Source: an uncultured Bacteroidales bacterium | Lineage (GTDB): Bacteria > Bacteroidota > Bacteroidia > Bacteroidales > UBA932 | Assembly: GCA_900321715.1 (NCBI GenBank) | Contig: ONXC01000008.1 | Coordinates: 17,677-81,676 of the forward strand | Reading direction: 5' to 3' | DNA: 64,000 nt | Part shown: piece by piece, positions 9,583 to 19,505 of the stretch | Position numbering within the stretch: position 1 is the first letter of the stretch | How the letters are laid out: every line of letters begins with the position of its first letter | Notes under the pieces: generated by a model | The model's database searches: none | What the model was told of the DNA's origin: nothing | What the model saw: the letters and a program-made list of their open reading frames with translations, nothing else | Translations under genes and position numbers: made by a program

Positions 9583-11877
9583 TTATGGCGTTGCCGGTAT
9601 TATTGCCACTGCATCTCCAAAATATTTGATTTTTAAGAACAGGCCAAGATTCTCTGGCTGGTTTGCAGGAGCCCTCAGGGCACGGACATCGTCAAAGTAG
9701 ATAGTATAGATCTTATTCCTTGTATCTTCAACTGAATCTCCACCCTCTGTGGTTGTAGGTTTTGAGATAAGGGTATCTATGAACCAGAAATTCCAGGGCT
9801 CTCCGGAAGGATGATAGTTCCACTGCAGACGATTAGCATCATCAGTAAGGAAGGACATACCGGAGAGCGTTTCTCCATCCAGGACAGACCCATTCTCCGT
9901 TCCGCCCATAGCAACGGCAATATTAGTCTCCTCTTCCTCCAAGGTAGAACTGCCCGTAGAACGGCGTTCAGCCTTGAATGGATTAAGGGTCACGGAAGCC
10001 ATACGGATCTTGATTGGATAAAGGCCCAGAGGATAATCTCCGGGAATCCTTATATCCATCTTGTAGGTAGGACAACTGGTTCCATTGACCGTACGGTTGC
10101 CTCCTGTAGCCACAAGAGACAACTGAGAGACGCCCTGCGGCAGGAAATTGAACTTGTCTATGGTGTAGACATTTATGAAACGGGACATACCCGTAAGTTT
10201 GTCCTTAAGTTCAATCTGGCCACTTTGAAGAGCGCTATTGATGGATGTTCCAAGAGTAAAGGTAATAGAACCCTTGAAAGTGGTACCATCGTTACTCACC
10301 TGAGCCACCGTTATATTCTGCTGAGCAAATGAAGAGCGCACTTCATCAGTCCACGCCGCCTTGAAATCGGACGCAGTAACAGAAGAAGTATTTTCCCCAC
10401 CGGCTATGGCCTGATAAGTGAAATAGATGGTCTTTTGAGTATTTACTTCTGCCGGATTCTGGTAAATCAAAGATGTTTCCCCCTCCACGGTAAGTTGGAA
10501 CCTGCCGTCATTTACCGCCGGCACCTCCTCGCTGATGGTAACGGTCTGGTTGTTGGCGTAGTTCACGGAATTCACTGCATCCTCAAACGAGGCGTAACCA
10601 AGGCCCTCCCAGGGAATGCCGAAGATATCCAGGACGTAATTGTGGTTACGGTATATCTTGCAGGGCTCCTGGCTCTCGTTGAGCATCATCAGGGTATGGT
10701 ATTTTGTCTTGGGCTGTGCCTGTCCATCCACCTGATAAACCACCTTCAGGATAATCTTTGGAGGATTAGCAATCAGATTCTCATCCTCAAAGAGGTATAG
10801 GGGATTATCTATAGAATTGGAGCCATCATAAATCTGCATCATATCCCCTTCCGTAGCCGTATAACGTGTGGCATCGGCCTTGTCATACTGCGTGAGGCGG
10901 TCTTCCTTAAGAGCCGGTGTACTGGCAATATCAAAGTAACCGGCAAAGTGATCGTCTGCGTTTTCGTCGTGATACGGCGCAAGGTAGCCCTTGGAGAGGC
11001 CGTTGGAAAGAATCCAATGGATGGACGTTATGGTATAATCAGTAGGGTTCTTGGTAATTGGATACTGCTGACCGTCTATGGTAATCTTTCCGCCCGAAAT
11101 AGTGTAGGAAGTTCCATTAACCGTCACTGTCTTTCCATCCTCAACGTTCTCGGCGGAACGCTTGAAATCAAACATATAACCAAAGTCCACCCTTGCGCGG
11201 TCGCGTACCATATGGACATTATGACCGGGCTGCTTGGAATAGGTCACTGTGCCGGTGACCGGATCTGTTGTAGCCAGCGCAAGCCAGGCCTTCATATCCT
11301 CGGAACTGGGCTCTCCGTGGAATCCCCAGTAGCAGATATCGCGGTTCTCGGCAGCGCTAACGGTCATTTTGGCCGATTTAACAAGGGTATTCTCATTGCC
11401 GCCGATCTGGTCGTTGCCGGGAATGTTGGAAGGGGCGTAGCCATCGGCCACACCTATTCCCACGTTTCCCACAAAGTGGATACGGGCGGTACGAGAAGGC
11501 ACCGTGCCCTCAAAGAGTTCTCGGCCCTGGCAGTTGATGCCGTCGTGAACAAATGGTTGCTCTGCCCCTATAAGGGAAGCCTTGCGCCAGCCAAGGTAGA
11601 TTCCTTCCTTGGTGAAGCACACAAGGTGGAGGGTCTTGATAAAGTCGGAGGGATCTTCATTACCACCCACCACGCTGGCCTTGGTGGAGAATGTAATTGT
11701 CTCTCCGGGAAGGTCAAAGCCCAGCCGCACAGGCATTTCCGGCTCATCAAGGCCAAGTTCCTTTACAAGGCTTGCCGATACTCCCTCGTAACCCGGAATA
11801 ACGACTTCCTCCCTGGCGCAGGAGAATAGTCCGCACCAAAGTATTGCTGCTGCAAATATGTATGAAAGCCGTTTCAT
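9583..11877 (-). CDS. Type V pilus minor/tip-associated lipoprotein (operon A, last gene)
   Basis: Lipobox LFSC; FSTKA motif; MVRDRARV and IYRNHNY fimbrial motifs; paralog of 26461-28623 and 57462-60817. Confidence 0.7.
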   Translation of the reverse strand: MKRLSYIFAAAILWCGLFSCAREEVVIPGYEGVSASLVKELGLDEPEMPVRLGFDLPGETITFSTKASVVGGNEDPSDFIKTLHLVCFTKEGIYLGWRKASLIGAEQPFVHDGINCQGRELFEGTVPSRTARIHFVGNVGIGVADGYAPSNIPGNDQIGGNENTLVKSAKMTVSAAENRDICYWGFHGEPSSEDMKAWLALATTDPVTGTVTYSKQPGHNVHMVRDRARVDFGYMFDFKRSAENVEDGKTVTVNGTSYTISGGKITIDGQQYPITKNPTDYTITSIHWILSNGLSKGYLAPYHDENADDHFAGYFDIASTPALKEDRLTQYDKADATRYTATEGDMMQIYDGSNSIDNPLYLFEDENLIANPPKIILKVVYQVDGQAQPKTKYHTLMMLNESQEPCKIYRNHNYVLDIFGIPWEGLGYASFEDAVNSVNYANNQTVTISEEVPAVNDGRFQLTVEGETSLIYQNPAEVNTQKTIYFTYQAIAGGENTSSVTASDFKAAWTDEVRSSFAQQNITVAQVSNDGTTFKGSITFTLGTSINSALQSGQIELKDKLTGMSRFINVYTIDKFNFLPQGVSQLSLVATGGNRTVNGTSCPTYKMDIRIPGDYPLGLYPIKIRMASVTLNPFKAERRSTGSSTLEEEETNIAVAMGGTENGSVLDGETLSGMSFLTDDANRLQWNYHPSGEPWNFWFIDTLISKPTTTEGGDSVEDTRNKIYTIYFDDVRALRAPANQPENLGLFLKIKYFGDAVAIIPATP

Positions 11878-14669
11878 CAGTTGGTTGTTCTGTTAAGTGC
11901 ATTTACCTCTTCAAGGGTAAGGTCACGGACGCAGCGCACGTAAGCATTGTTTGCCGATCCCTGATCACCTGTAGAAACATAGGCAGCTGTTCCGTCAAGG
12001 GCCCAGTAATACTTACCGCCAAGGACCTCAACCATTGTAACATTTGAGGTATTAGTTCCATTCTGGTAGTCTATTATAACCTCAACTTCCTGTTTTGTGG
12101 GAAGCCTCCAGCCCACAAAACGCTTGCCCGTGCCTGCCTCTACCTCCATATAAGTTCCGCAGTGCGTTGATGCGGTGGTAGGAGATTCTGTCGGGGTTAC
12201 AGCGCCCAACTGAGAAGCAATCATAAATGCAGGGGAAACCACCCTGTCCTGAGACTGGTAATTGCCATCCAGAACAGGTTTTCCAAGTACGTACTTATCA
12301 CTGGTAGATGTAATCTGAAGTACGTACATATGGTTGTTGGTCAGATTGGTGTATGACGATCCACGACTGTCGTGGTCTGATATGCCATAACACATTCCGT
12401 TATAGTAAACCTTGGCCGTATAGATACCTTCTTGTGTTGTACCATCCTTTCCGCCCCATTCTACCCAACTTCCGGTAGAAGGGATTGTAACCAAATGGCC
12501 GTAAACGGTGCCCGTCAAAGTAAATGTATCGGCAACGTGATAAGTATAAGTATAGTTACCACCCCATCCGCCGCCGGAACGAGTTACCCAATAATACTTG
12601 CCATCGTATTCCCTGGCTCTTTCCAAAGATGTAGCTCCAGAATTATAGATAGTACCATTATTGGTGGAACCGAATATGCTGTTTTTCTGTTGGTCAGTGA
12701 GAGTAATTGTACTTCCATTATCGGTCTTTGTCCCCGAATATGCGATATATGCACTATATGAAACAGACGGATTCGAGTAAGTTTCATAACTTCCCCATCC
12801 TTGAGCAACGGAAAGAGAGTTTGTATATTCCATTCGAGGGGCCACCGGCTGTCCATCCCACCTGGACGACCAGGCACCGGTGTAGGACTGGATATTGTCC
12901 AGCGGGAAGTGACGTATGGTTATGGTTACAGGATCTACGCCGGTGGCGTTCTTAAGGTATACCTTGAACTGAAAATCCTTGATGGCACGGCTTGCAAGAG
13001 CCTCAGATTCCACCTTGATGATTCCGTTAGGGCTTAGGGTGATTGTTATGGTTTCCCCCTTGGCGGTACTGCCATTTGGAGCCGTAGAGGTTATCACAAT
13101 ATCCCTCTTGCCGTCCGTATTGGCATCTGTTGCTGTAACAAGTGTACCGGAATCATTCCTTACCTGCTTGGTAACAGTTCCTTTGATATCCACAGTATTG
13201 CCAAGATAGTTCACATAGGACACTGACAAGGATGAAGGATCGATGTCCACTATTCGGCCGTCGGCAGTGGAAACAGATGCATACCAAAGCATATCCACGC
13301 TTTGGGTATTGTCTCCTTTAAGGATATACTCAGTAGGAAGGATGGTAAGGTACTTGGTGTCTGAAATCTTAACCGTTGTGGCCTCCTGGGTCATATTGGT
13401 CTCTGTCCAGGGAATCACGTGATACTCAATCCTGAGTTCCTCGTCCTTAGCCTCGAAGGATTCATTGGATGCGCCAAGAGACGCAATTTCCACGTCCACA
13501 ATGTACACGTGGTTACGGTCGATGGAAGTAACCGTATGCTCGTCGCATATGGGAATGCGGTAGTAGCTTCTGAGCTGGTCTCCGTCGGAATTCCTGGTGT
13601 AGAATACGGAGAGCAGGATATAAGGAATACGTGAACTGTCCGAACTCCAGTCTACGGGATAGGTATATGTAACAAGCGCAAACGAGTTATTGGTATTGTC
13701 AGGATCATTACTCTCCTGGAAAGGCGTAAAGTTGCTGTCAATAGTGGTGAGAGCGCCTGTAGCAGGAAGATCATTCTCCGTGGAATAGATGTCCGTTCCG
13801 TTGAGATTGAAGTTTACCGGTTTCCATCTGGGTACGCCCGCAGCGCGGTCTACCAAGGCCATATACTCCCCTACATTTCCCATGACTACACGGCCCTGGG
13901 CGTCTGTCTGGGGCGGCAGAGCAGGATCCTCCGGAATCATGGGGATGGTCTTTTCATCGCTGAATTTCACCGTCATGATCACCTTGGCGGCAGCGCGCTT
14001 AAGATCCACGTCAAACACCTGCTCGGAAGTTGACGGATCAATTTCCCAACCCTCAATCTTACCATCCATCATGAAGTTCTTTTTCTCTGAATACATACAG
14101 TTGGAGTAGTAAACGGGGTCCGTAGTGGGCGGGGTATAGGTTAGATAATACCTGTAAATATCCGTGCTGTTTGTGGTAAGGCCTTTCAGGGCGGTAAGGT
14201 TTGCCGGGGCCGATGCCGCTTCTGTATGAGGGTTATTCGCCGTCACATAGATGTCATATGGCACGCCAGGCTCATAACCTTGCTCGGCCCAGTTGGAAGC
14301 CAGGGCCTGCTTGGCCTGGTCCAGAAGGCTCTCGGAGTCATACTTGGTATCGTCAACTATCACCCCCGGGTCTCCGGCCTTGAGGTGATACTCCTTGAAC
14401 CAGGCCGATGACGCGGCGTCTGCCTGCCTTTTCACAAAGATATCCAGGGAGCCGAAGAAGTTCTCACGGAGCTCGTCACGCGCATCCACAAGGTCGTCCT
14501 TTTTTATGCCGGCGTCTGTATCATCCACCTTTGTAACGGCGTCACGATGGAGCACCGGCTTTACGGAAAGGACCGGATTCAGTCCGGGATCCACGGGCGC
14601 AGCCTCCCTCACACATCCTGAAACCAGGACGAGGGCAAAAAGAAGACAATATGCAAGGACTCTTCTCAT
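11877..14669 (-). CDS. Type V pilus tip adhesin candidate with C-terminal WRLPT...RCVRD (C-type-lectin-like) domain
   Basis: Lipobox VSGC; VTKV motif; LKRAAAKV and RNHVY pilin motifs; FMIASQLG...GWRLPTKQEV...YVRCVRDL at the C-terminus. Confidence 0.72.
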   Translation of the reverse strand: MRRVLAYCLLFALVLVSGCVREAAPVDPGLNPVLSVKPVLHRDAVTKVDDTDAGIKKDDLVDARDELRENFFGSLDIFVKRQADAASSAWFKEYHLKAGDPGVIVDDTKYDSESLLDQAKQALASNWAEQGYEPGVPYDIYVTANNPHTEAASAPANLTALKGLTTNSTDIYRYYLTYTPPTTDPVYYSNCMYSEKKNFMMDGKIEGWEIDPSTSEQVFDVDLKRAAAKVIMTVKFSDEKTIPMIPEDPALPPQTDAQGRVVMGNVGEYMALVDRAAGVPRWKPVNFNLNGTDIYSTENDLPATGALTTIDSNFTPFQESNDPDNTNNSFALVTYTYPVDWSSDSSRIPYILLSVFYTRNSDGDQLRSYYRIPICDEHTVTSIDRNHVYIVDVEIASLGASNESFEAKDEELRIEYHVIPWTETNMTQEATTVKISDTKYLTILPTEYILKGDNTQSVDMLWYASVSTADGRIVDIDPSSLSVSYVNYLGNTVDIKGTVTKQVRNDSGTLVTATDANTDGKRDIVITSTAPNGSTAKGETITITLSPNGIIKVESEALASRAIKDFQFKVYLKNATGVDPVTITIRHFPLDNIQSYTGAWSSRWDGQPVAPRMEYTNSLSVAQGWGSYETYSNPSVSYSAYIAYSGTKTDNGSTITLTDQQKNSIFGSTNNGTIYNSGATSLERAREYDGKYYWVTRSGGGWGGNYTYTYHVADTFTLTGTVYGHLVTIPSTGSWVEWGGKDGTTQEGIYTAKVYYNGMCYGISDHDSRGSSYTNLTNNHMYVLQITSTSDKYVLGKPVLDGNYQSQDRVVSPAFMIASQLGAVTPTESPTTASTHCGTYMEVEAGTGKRFVGWRLPTKQEVEVIIDYQNGTNTSNVTMVEVLGGKYYWALDGTAAYVSTGDQGSANNAYVRCVRDLTLEEVNALNRTTN

Positions 14670-14674
14670 TTAAA

Positions 14675-16456
14675 TCATTCTTCCTCCAGCCAGTATTGGG
14701 TGGTCTGGGTACTGCCAGACGTATTCTTGTGGTTATCTATGTTGGCAGTGTATTCCGCACGTCCCGGGTTGTAGATGAGGATGGAAGTATGATCCTCATC
14801 ACCGGGCAGGTTATGGTTGAACGGGATGTTCTGGGGAGGCATACCGTCTCCGGAATGCATCTCTGTGAGGAACACTTTCACATAAGGATCCTGCATCACG
14901 TTGTCGCTTACGGGAACAACGTAGAAGTTTGTTGTGGTGGGATCAGAAGATGCCGGAATAACCATGCTCTGGTCATGCTTAGTGTAAGCATACACCGGAT
15001 TCCCTTCACCGTCAGTGGACGATGTCATCTGCACCAGGACAAAATGGTCGTTGTTAAGTTGGAGATGAAGGTCGTTGGAATTTGTGGTGGTAAGCGTAAA
15101 CATAGGAGAATGCGTAAGTTGGAGATGAAGGTCGTTGGAATTTGTGGTGGTAAGCGTAAACATAGGAGAATGCGTTGGCTTACCCACGGAGCCGCCCTCA
15201 TAGCCGTAAGCAACCACAAGCCAGGTGTCATCCCAGGTCCAGGCCTCCTTGTCAATATCATAGCGCAGCCAGGGCTTCTCATATCCAAGTTCCGTACTGC
15301 CCTCCGTCCTGAATGTAAAGCGGTCGTTGCCCGCAATCCAGGGAAGGACGGTGGGCTGAACCACCAACCGGCCGCCAATGAAATAGGCGTAAATGGTCCA
15401 ACTGTGGTTGCGGGTAAAGTCCCCGGCCGCTTCCATGGTGAAGTTGGCAGTTTTGCTGCGCATTGAACCGCCGGTACCAGCGGTGTAACTGATTGTTCCG
15501 GTAAGTTTCTGGTCGCTTTCCCTCAGGTAACAGAGCCCCCACTGGGTGAGGATGCCGGAACTTACGCCGCTGCGGATTTTGTCGTCGTACTGCTGGGCTG
15601 TCATTCCGGGCTGGAAGAGATAGTCTCCGGGGGCGGGATTACCAGCAATAGAAGCAGGAAGGGCGCCATCGGCCGGATAAGTCTTGGAAAGGGCGTCATA
15701 CCCGGAACTGTCATAGGTATTTGCAGTGAAGAGTTTCTCCGTGTGGCCGATATTTCCGCTGAGGGAAATGCCGGTGATATGGAATTCGTCCACCGGAACA
15801 CCGTTTTCCGTCATCTGGCAGAATACGAATCTCAGTTTTGAAACCACCCTTGTAACCGTGACGGTGGAGATGCTCAGGACAGGGAAGTCTCCCGTCACCT
15901 CCTGATTCATTGCAACACCTGCCATAGGAAGGCCCGCCGCCGGGACTGCCGATGTAAGGGTGTTCACACCATAAAGGTCTCCGCCAAAGACATAATTCTG
16001 CAAGTCGGAGGGATTCAGTTTTGTCCAGTCTCCTCCAGTATAGCCAAACTTGTCTATGGTAAACCCGGCGCTCTCTCCATTCACCAGGGCATACACGTCT
16101 ACCCGGGGCTTGGTGTCTACAAACGTCTGGTCTACAGGGATTGTGAAACGGGTTTCATGACCGGCATTAAGGCCTGTTGCCGCAAGGGCGTCCCCGTCAA
16201 GCATCCTGTATCCAACAAGGGATGTGGCATCGGAGCCTCCATTCTTATATACCCATATCTGAAGCGTGGAAACAACTCTCTCATCATTCACCGCGGCCTC
16301 GTCTCCGGTCTCTGCCTTGGTAATGATGGATTCCGGGATAAAAACACGCACCGTAAGATTCCCGTTCTCCGGATAGAGGAGAGGGTCACGGAGACATCCT
16401 GCAACTGCCAGAAGGGCGGCTGCAAGAATCATCCATATGCCGATGCGCGTTCTCAT
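14675..16456 (-). CDS. Type V pilus minor pilin lipoprotein (operon A)
   Basis: Lipobox VAGC; ITKAETG; RVVSKLRFVFCQ; FTRNHSW; VLPW; paralog of 31280-32950. Confidence 0.72.
   Translation of the reverse strand: MRTRIGIWMILAAALLAVAGCLRDPLLYPENGNLTVRVFIPESIITKAETGDEAAVNDERVVSTLQIWVYKNGGSDATSLVGYRMLDGDALAATGLNAGHETRFTIPVDQTFVDTKPRVDVYALVNGESAGFTIDKFGYTGGDWTKLNPSDLQNYVFGGDLYGVNTLTSAVPAAGLPMAGVAMNQEVTGDFPVLSISTVTVTRVVSKLRFVFCQMTENGVPVDEFHITGISLSGNIGHTEKLFTANTYDSSGYDALSKTYPADGALPASIAGNPAPGDYLFQPGMTAQQYDDKIRSGVSSGILTQWGLCYLRESDQKLTGTISYTAGTGGSMRSKTANFTMEAAGDFTRNHSWTIYAYFIGGRLVVQPTVLPWIAGNDRFTFRTEGSTELGYEKPWLRYDIDKEAWTWDDTWLVVAYGYEGGSVGKPTHSPMFTLTTTNSNDLHLQLTHSPMFTLTTTNSNDLHLQLNNDHFVLVQMTSSTDGEGNPVYAYTKHDQSMVIPASSDPTTTNFYVVPVSDNVMQDPYVKVFLTEMHSGDGMPPQNIPFNHNLPGDEDHTSILIYNPGRAEYTANIDNHKNTSGSTQTTQYWLEEE
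15055..15175. repeat. Perfect 60-bp tandem duplication, in frame (THSPMFTLTTTNSNDLHLQL x2)
   Basis: 15055-15114 is identical to 15115-15174. Confidence 0.95.
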
Positions 16457-16462
16457 AGTTCT

Positions 16463-18439
16463 CTAATACATAGGAATCTCTGCAGGTGTTACCTGTATCC
16501 ATTCCACCTTTGCCGTAACACCTATCTCCAACTGGGGATCCCTCAGTTCAGGGATGGTGTTATATGCCTTTGCAAGGCTGTTTATGCTGAAAGTGACTTT
16601 TGTTGTATGGTCACTGACAAATACTGCGTCAAGGGTCTTTCCGGCCGGAGCGGATGCCTGGGAATACTCCAGGATAGCAAGAAGATAGAAGCGTGTGCCT
16701 GCTGCAATTTTATTGGCGTTTGCGCCGTAAAAATCTGCCCCGCTGTTGTTCTGGAACTCCAGGGCCACGTGTACATCCTGGGCGTCTTCCGTGGGGACCA
16801 CAAGGGTGTGGATGGGCTTGAAGGTAAGGCCTGCCGATGCACCTGCAATATATGCCTTTGGATTGCCGCCGTCGTAGACCTCGTTGTCATAGACATAACT
16901 GCTGAGGCCCTCCAGAAGGGGCGTAAAGTCAAACGCCTGGTTCTTCTGCTCGCCGATGATGATGCCGGTGAGCGGATAATTGCTGTTACGGACATCTACT
17001 GTGTTTCCCTTGCTATCCAGTAAAAGCTGGGTGTGGCCGGGGGACTCCGCCTTGTTAAGATTCACCTCCAGCATTGCCACACCGTACTGGAGAGGGTCTT
17101 TTATGGCGGCCGATTCGGAGCCCTGGACAACTGCGCTGGAGAAAGTATACCGGTTGAAAATGTCGGTCCAACTTACGTTTGCGCTCTTGTATTCTTCTGT
17201 GACAGAGGAGTCGTCCGACGTTTTAATGGTGCTGTTTGTGGTATACCAGAGGCTGGGGGGATAGCAATATGAGTCTATTGGAGCCAGGGCGCTTCCGGTA
17301 GCGGGCGTTTGCTGGACAAACTGAGTGCCGTTCCACTGAAGGGCAACGCAGCCCGCCGGGACGCCATAACTGTCCGGGAAATTGGCATAGTCCCCTTTCA
17401 GGCTCACTGTAACGTTTGCGCCGGAGCCTGAAAGTGTTACATAAGTTGAATTGTCTATCAGCGTACGGATTTGGCGGGCAAGTTGGTAAACATAATAGTA
17501 ACGGACCCGATAAGTATTACTATTCGTATTTGCCCTAGTATAATAAGTCAGGCGATAACTATCACCTCCGACAGTGGTATTGTTTGCCATTTCATACAGT
17601 CGATTGTACAAGGTGGTAAGCATCTGGTTGATGCCGGGACTGCCTGCCGAAAAACCTACTTCATCTGCCGTAAAATAAGTGAACGCATTTTTAAGATCGG
17701 CATAGTTGCTATAATCCGTGGGAGTGGACCAGCGATAGGTCCACGTGCTCTGATTGGCGGAATTGGCATTATAACCAGTCTGTGACACCGTTGCCCCGGC
17801 AATGCTGTTAAGATACGTCAGGAGCCCGTCCACCGTGCTCTGAAGAGAAGCTTTATTGGCGCTTGTAATGAACGGCTCCAGAGTAAAAGTGATGGCCGAT
17901 GGAGTCTCTGCTGTATATTGATTATGCGCACGGAGAACTCCGTTTCGGCGCTTGAAGGCCACGGAATCCGGATCCACGCTCACATTGGCATCTATTGCCT
18001 GGCCATACACCAGCATTGAAGCCGTGCCGCGGCGCATATAAACATTCTTGTAAAGATGCGAGTTATTTGAGCGCACAAGGCCTTCAAATGCGCCATCCTG
18101 CGCGTTATCACCGAAGGTACTGGGAATCCCCAGTTGCGGCAGAAGGAGATTGGGGCCGATTCTTTCATCGGACCCGTTTACAGGGCGCGCTGCCCTGAAA
18201 GGAATGGCGTAAATTTCTTTAATTCCACGGAAAGACGCTTCCGTTGCATCGGCCTGTGTGATGGCCGGCGTCATCTTGGTCTGAGGCTTTACAGTCCCTA
18301 CGGAAAGGGCAAGAGGAAGGCATAAATCCTCCCCTTCAGAGACAAAGGATTCCGGTGACTGTCCATAATTTCCCTCAAGGGCAGTACAACCGGAAAGGCA
18401 CACGGCAACGGCGAGCCATATTAAAGGAAATTTCCTCAT
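16463..18439 (-). CDS. Type V pilin, Mfa1-like (operon A)
   Basis: Lipobox LSGC; QTKM; YCYPPSLWY; LQYGVAML; ALEFQN; AYNTIPELR..LEIGV..EW C-terminus; paralog of 32947-34587. Confidence 0.75.
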   Translation of the reverse strand: MRKFPLIWLAVAVCLSGCTALEGNYGQSPESFVSEGEDLCLPLALSVGTVKPQTKMTPAITQADATEASFRGIKEIYAIPFRAARPVNGSDERIGPNLLLPQLGIPSTFGDNAQDGAFEGLVRSNNSHLYKNVYMRRGTASMLVYGQAIDANVSVDPDSVAFKRRNGVLRAHNQYTAETPSAITFTLEPFITSANKASLQSTVDGLLTYLNSIAGATVSQTGYNANSANQSTWTYRWSTPTDYSNYADLKNAFTYFTADEVGFSAGSPGINQMLTTLYNRLYEMANNTTVGGDSYRLTYYTRANTNSNTYRVRYYYVYQLARQIRTLIDNSTYVTLSGSGANVTVSLKGDYANFPDSYGVPAGCVALQWNGTQFVQQTPATGSALAPIDSYCYPPSLWYTTNSTIKTSDDSSVTEEYKSANVSWTDIFNRYTFSSAVVQGSESAAIKDPLQYGVAMLEVNLNKAESPGHTQLLLDSKGNTVDVRNSNYPLTGIIIGEQKNQAFDFTPLLEGLSSYVYDNEVYDGGNPKAYIAGASAGLTFKPIHTLVVPTEDAQDVHVALEFQNNSGADFYGANANKIAAGTRFYLLAILEYSQASAPAGKTLDAVFVSDHTTKVTFSINSLAKAYNTIPELRDPQLEIGVTAKVEWIQVTPAEIPMY

Positions 18440-19492
18440 CTACAGCGCTATTTCGTGTTCCTGACCGGCCTCCCAGTCAAGCGCTACGCTCACTGCAATA
18501 TCAGGGTCTTCCGGCTGGATGGACCCGTTGAAAAGGGCCTTGACTTTGAAAATTTTGAACTGTCCCGCCCTCAGAGGCTTGGTAACACCAAGTTTGGTTT
18601 CCGTTACCGATCCGTTGGGGAGAGTTGCATAAGCGCGGATTTGCCAGATAGAATTGGCGGCACTCTCTGAGAGGAAGGGATCCGTGGTTTCGAAGATACT
18701 CTTTGTGGGGCGGGTATCCCTTGAAGGATAGTTGACGGAGGCGAAGCACATGCCGCCGGGAGTTGAAAGATCCAACTTATCCGACACCACAACAGGAGTA
18801 TACTGGAATGTGTAGGTGCTGTCACAGATGTTGTAATCAGTGGCAAAACCGGTAAGGTGCACCTTGAGATCCTTGATATGGCTGCCAAGGGTATCAACCA
18901 CAAGCGCCGTAGCGCAGTTGGCCATATAAAGGTGCACGTTAAATGTCTGGTCCAGGTCTTCCAGCACATCCATGGGAAGACGGGCCGTAAAGAGGCCGGT
19001 ATTGTGAGTAGAGATAGTATCGGCCACAGCCTGGTGGAGATGTCCTGTATGGCAGTAGTTATCGTCCTCCAGGGTTATCAGATTGTTGTCCACTACGTTT
19101 GCAACAGCCGTGTGCATATAGCGGTGCACAGGGATGTAAAGGGTGTAACTGCTCTGATTGGCGTCCATAATGTGGGCCTCGTGGTGCAGGCGCACGGAGT
19201 CTTCTACTACGTCATAGAAGGACAGATCCACATCGTGGGCGAAGTCTGTGAATATATTCTTAAGATAGTTTCTGAGCGCGGCGGCGGCGGCAAGTTCCAC
19301 ATCTGTGGAGATGTCGGTTTCCAACTGAGTATTTATTTCGGTACTCATATTGGTAACAAGCCGGAGCTCATAATTGAGGAGATGATCCTTCTCGCAATCC
19401 TCAAGATTTTCGTCCAACAGGCTGCAGCCCTGGGGAATTACCAGGGCCACAGCCATGATGGCGAAAATAAACGTATGACGGAAGGATGTCAC
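18440..19492 (-). CDS. Mfa2/FimB-like anchor pilin (operon A)
   Basis: Lipobox PQGC followed by SLLDENLEDC (two-Cys Mfa2-type N-terminus); no N-terminal TK motif; close paralog of 36910-37944. Confidence 0.75.
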   Translation of the reverse strand: MTSFRHTFIFAIMAVALVIPQGCSLLDENLEDCEKDHLLNYELRLVTNMSTEINTQLETDISTDVELAAAAALRNYLKNIFTDFAHDVDLSFYDVVEDSVRLHHEAHIMDANQSSYTLYIPVHRYMHTAVANVVDNNLITLEDDNYCHTGHLHQAVADTISTHNTGLFTARLPMDVLEDLDQTFNVHLYMANCATALVVDTLGSHIKDLKVHLTGFATDYNICDSTYTFQYTPVVVSDKLDLSTPGGMCFASVNYPSRDTRPTKSIFETTDPFLSESAANSIWQIRAYATLPNGSVTETKLGVTKPLRAGQFKIFKVKALFNGSIQPEDPDIAVSVALDWEAGQEHEIAL

Positions 19493-19505
19493 GGTAATCT
19501 ATCTA

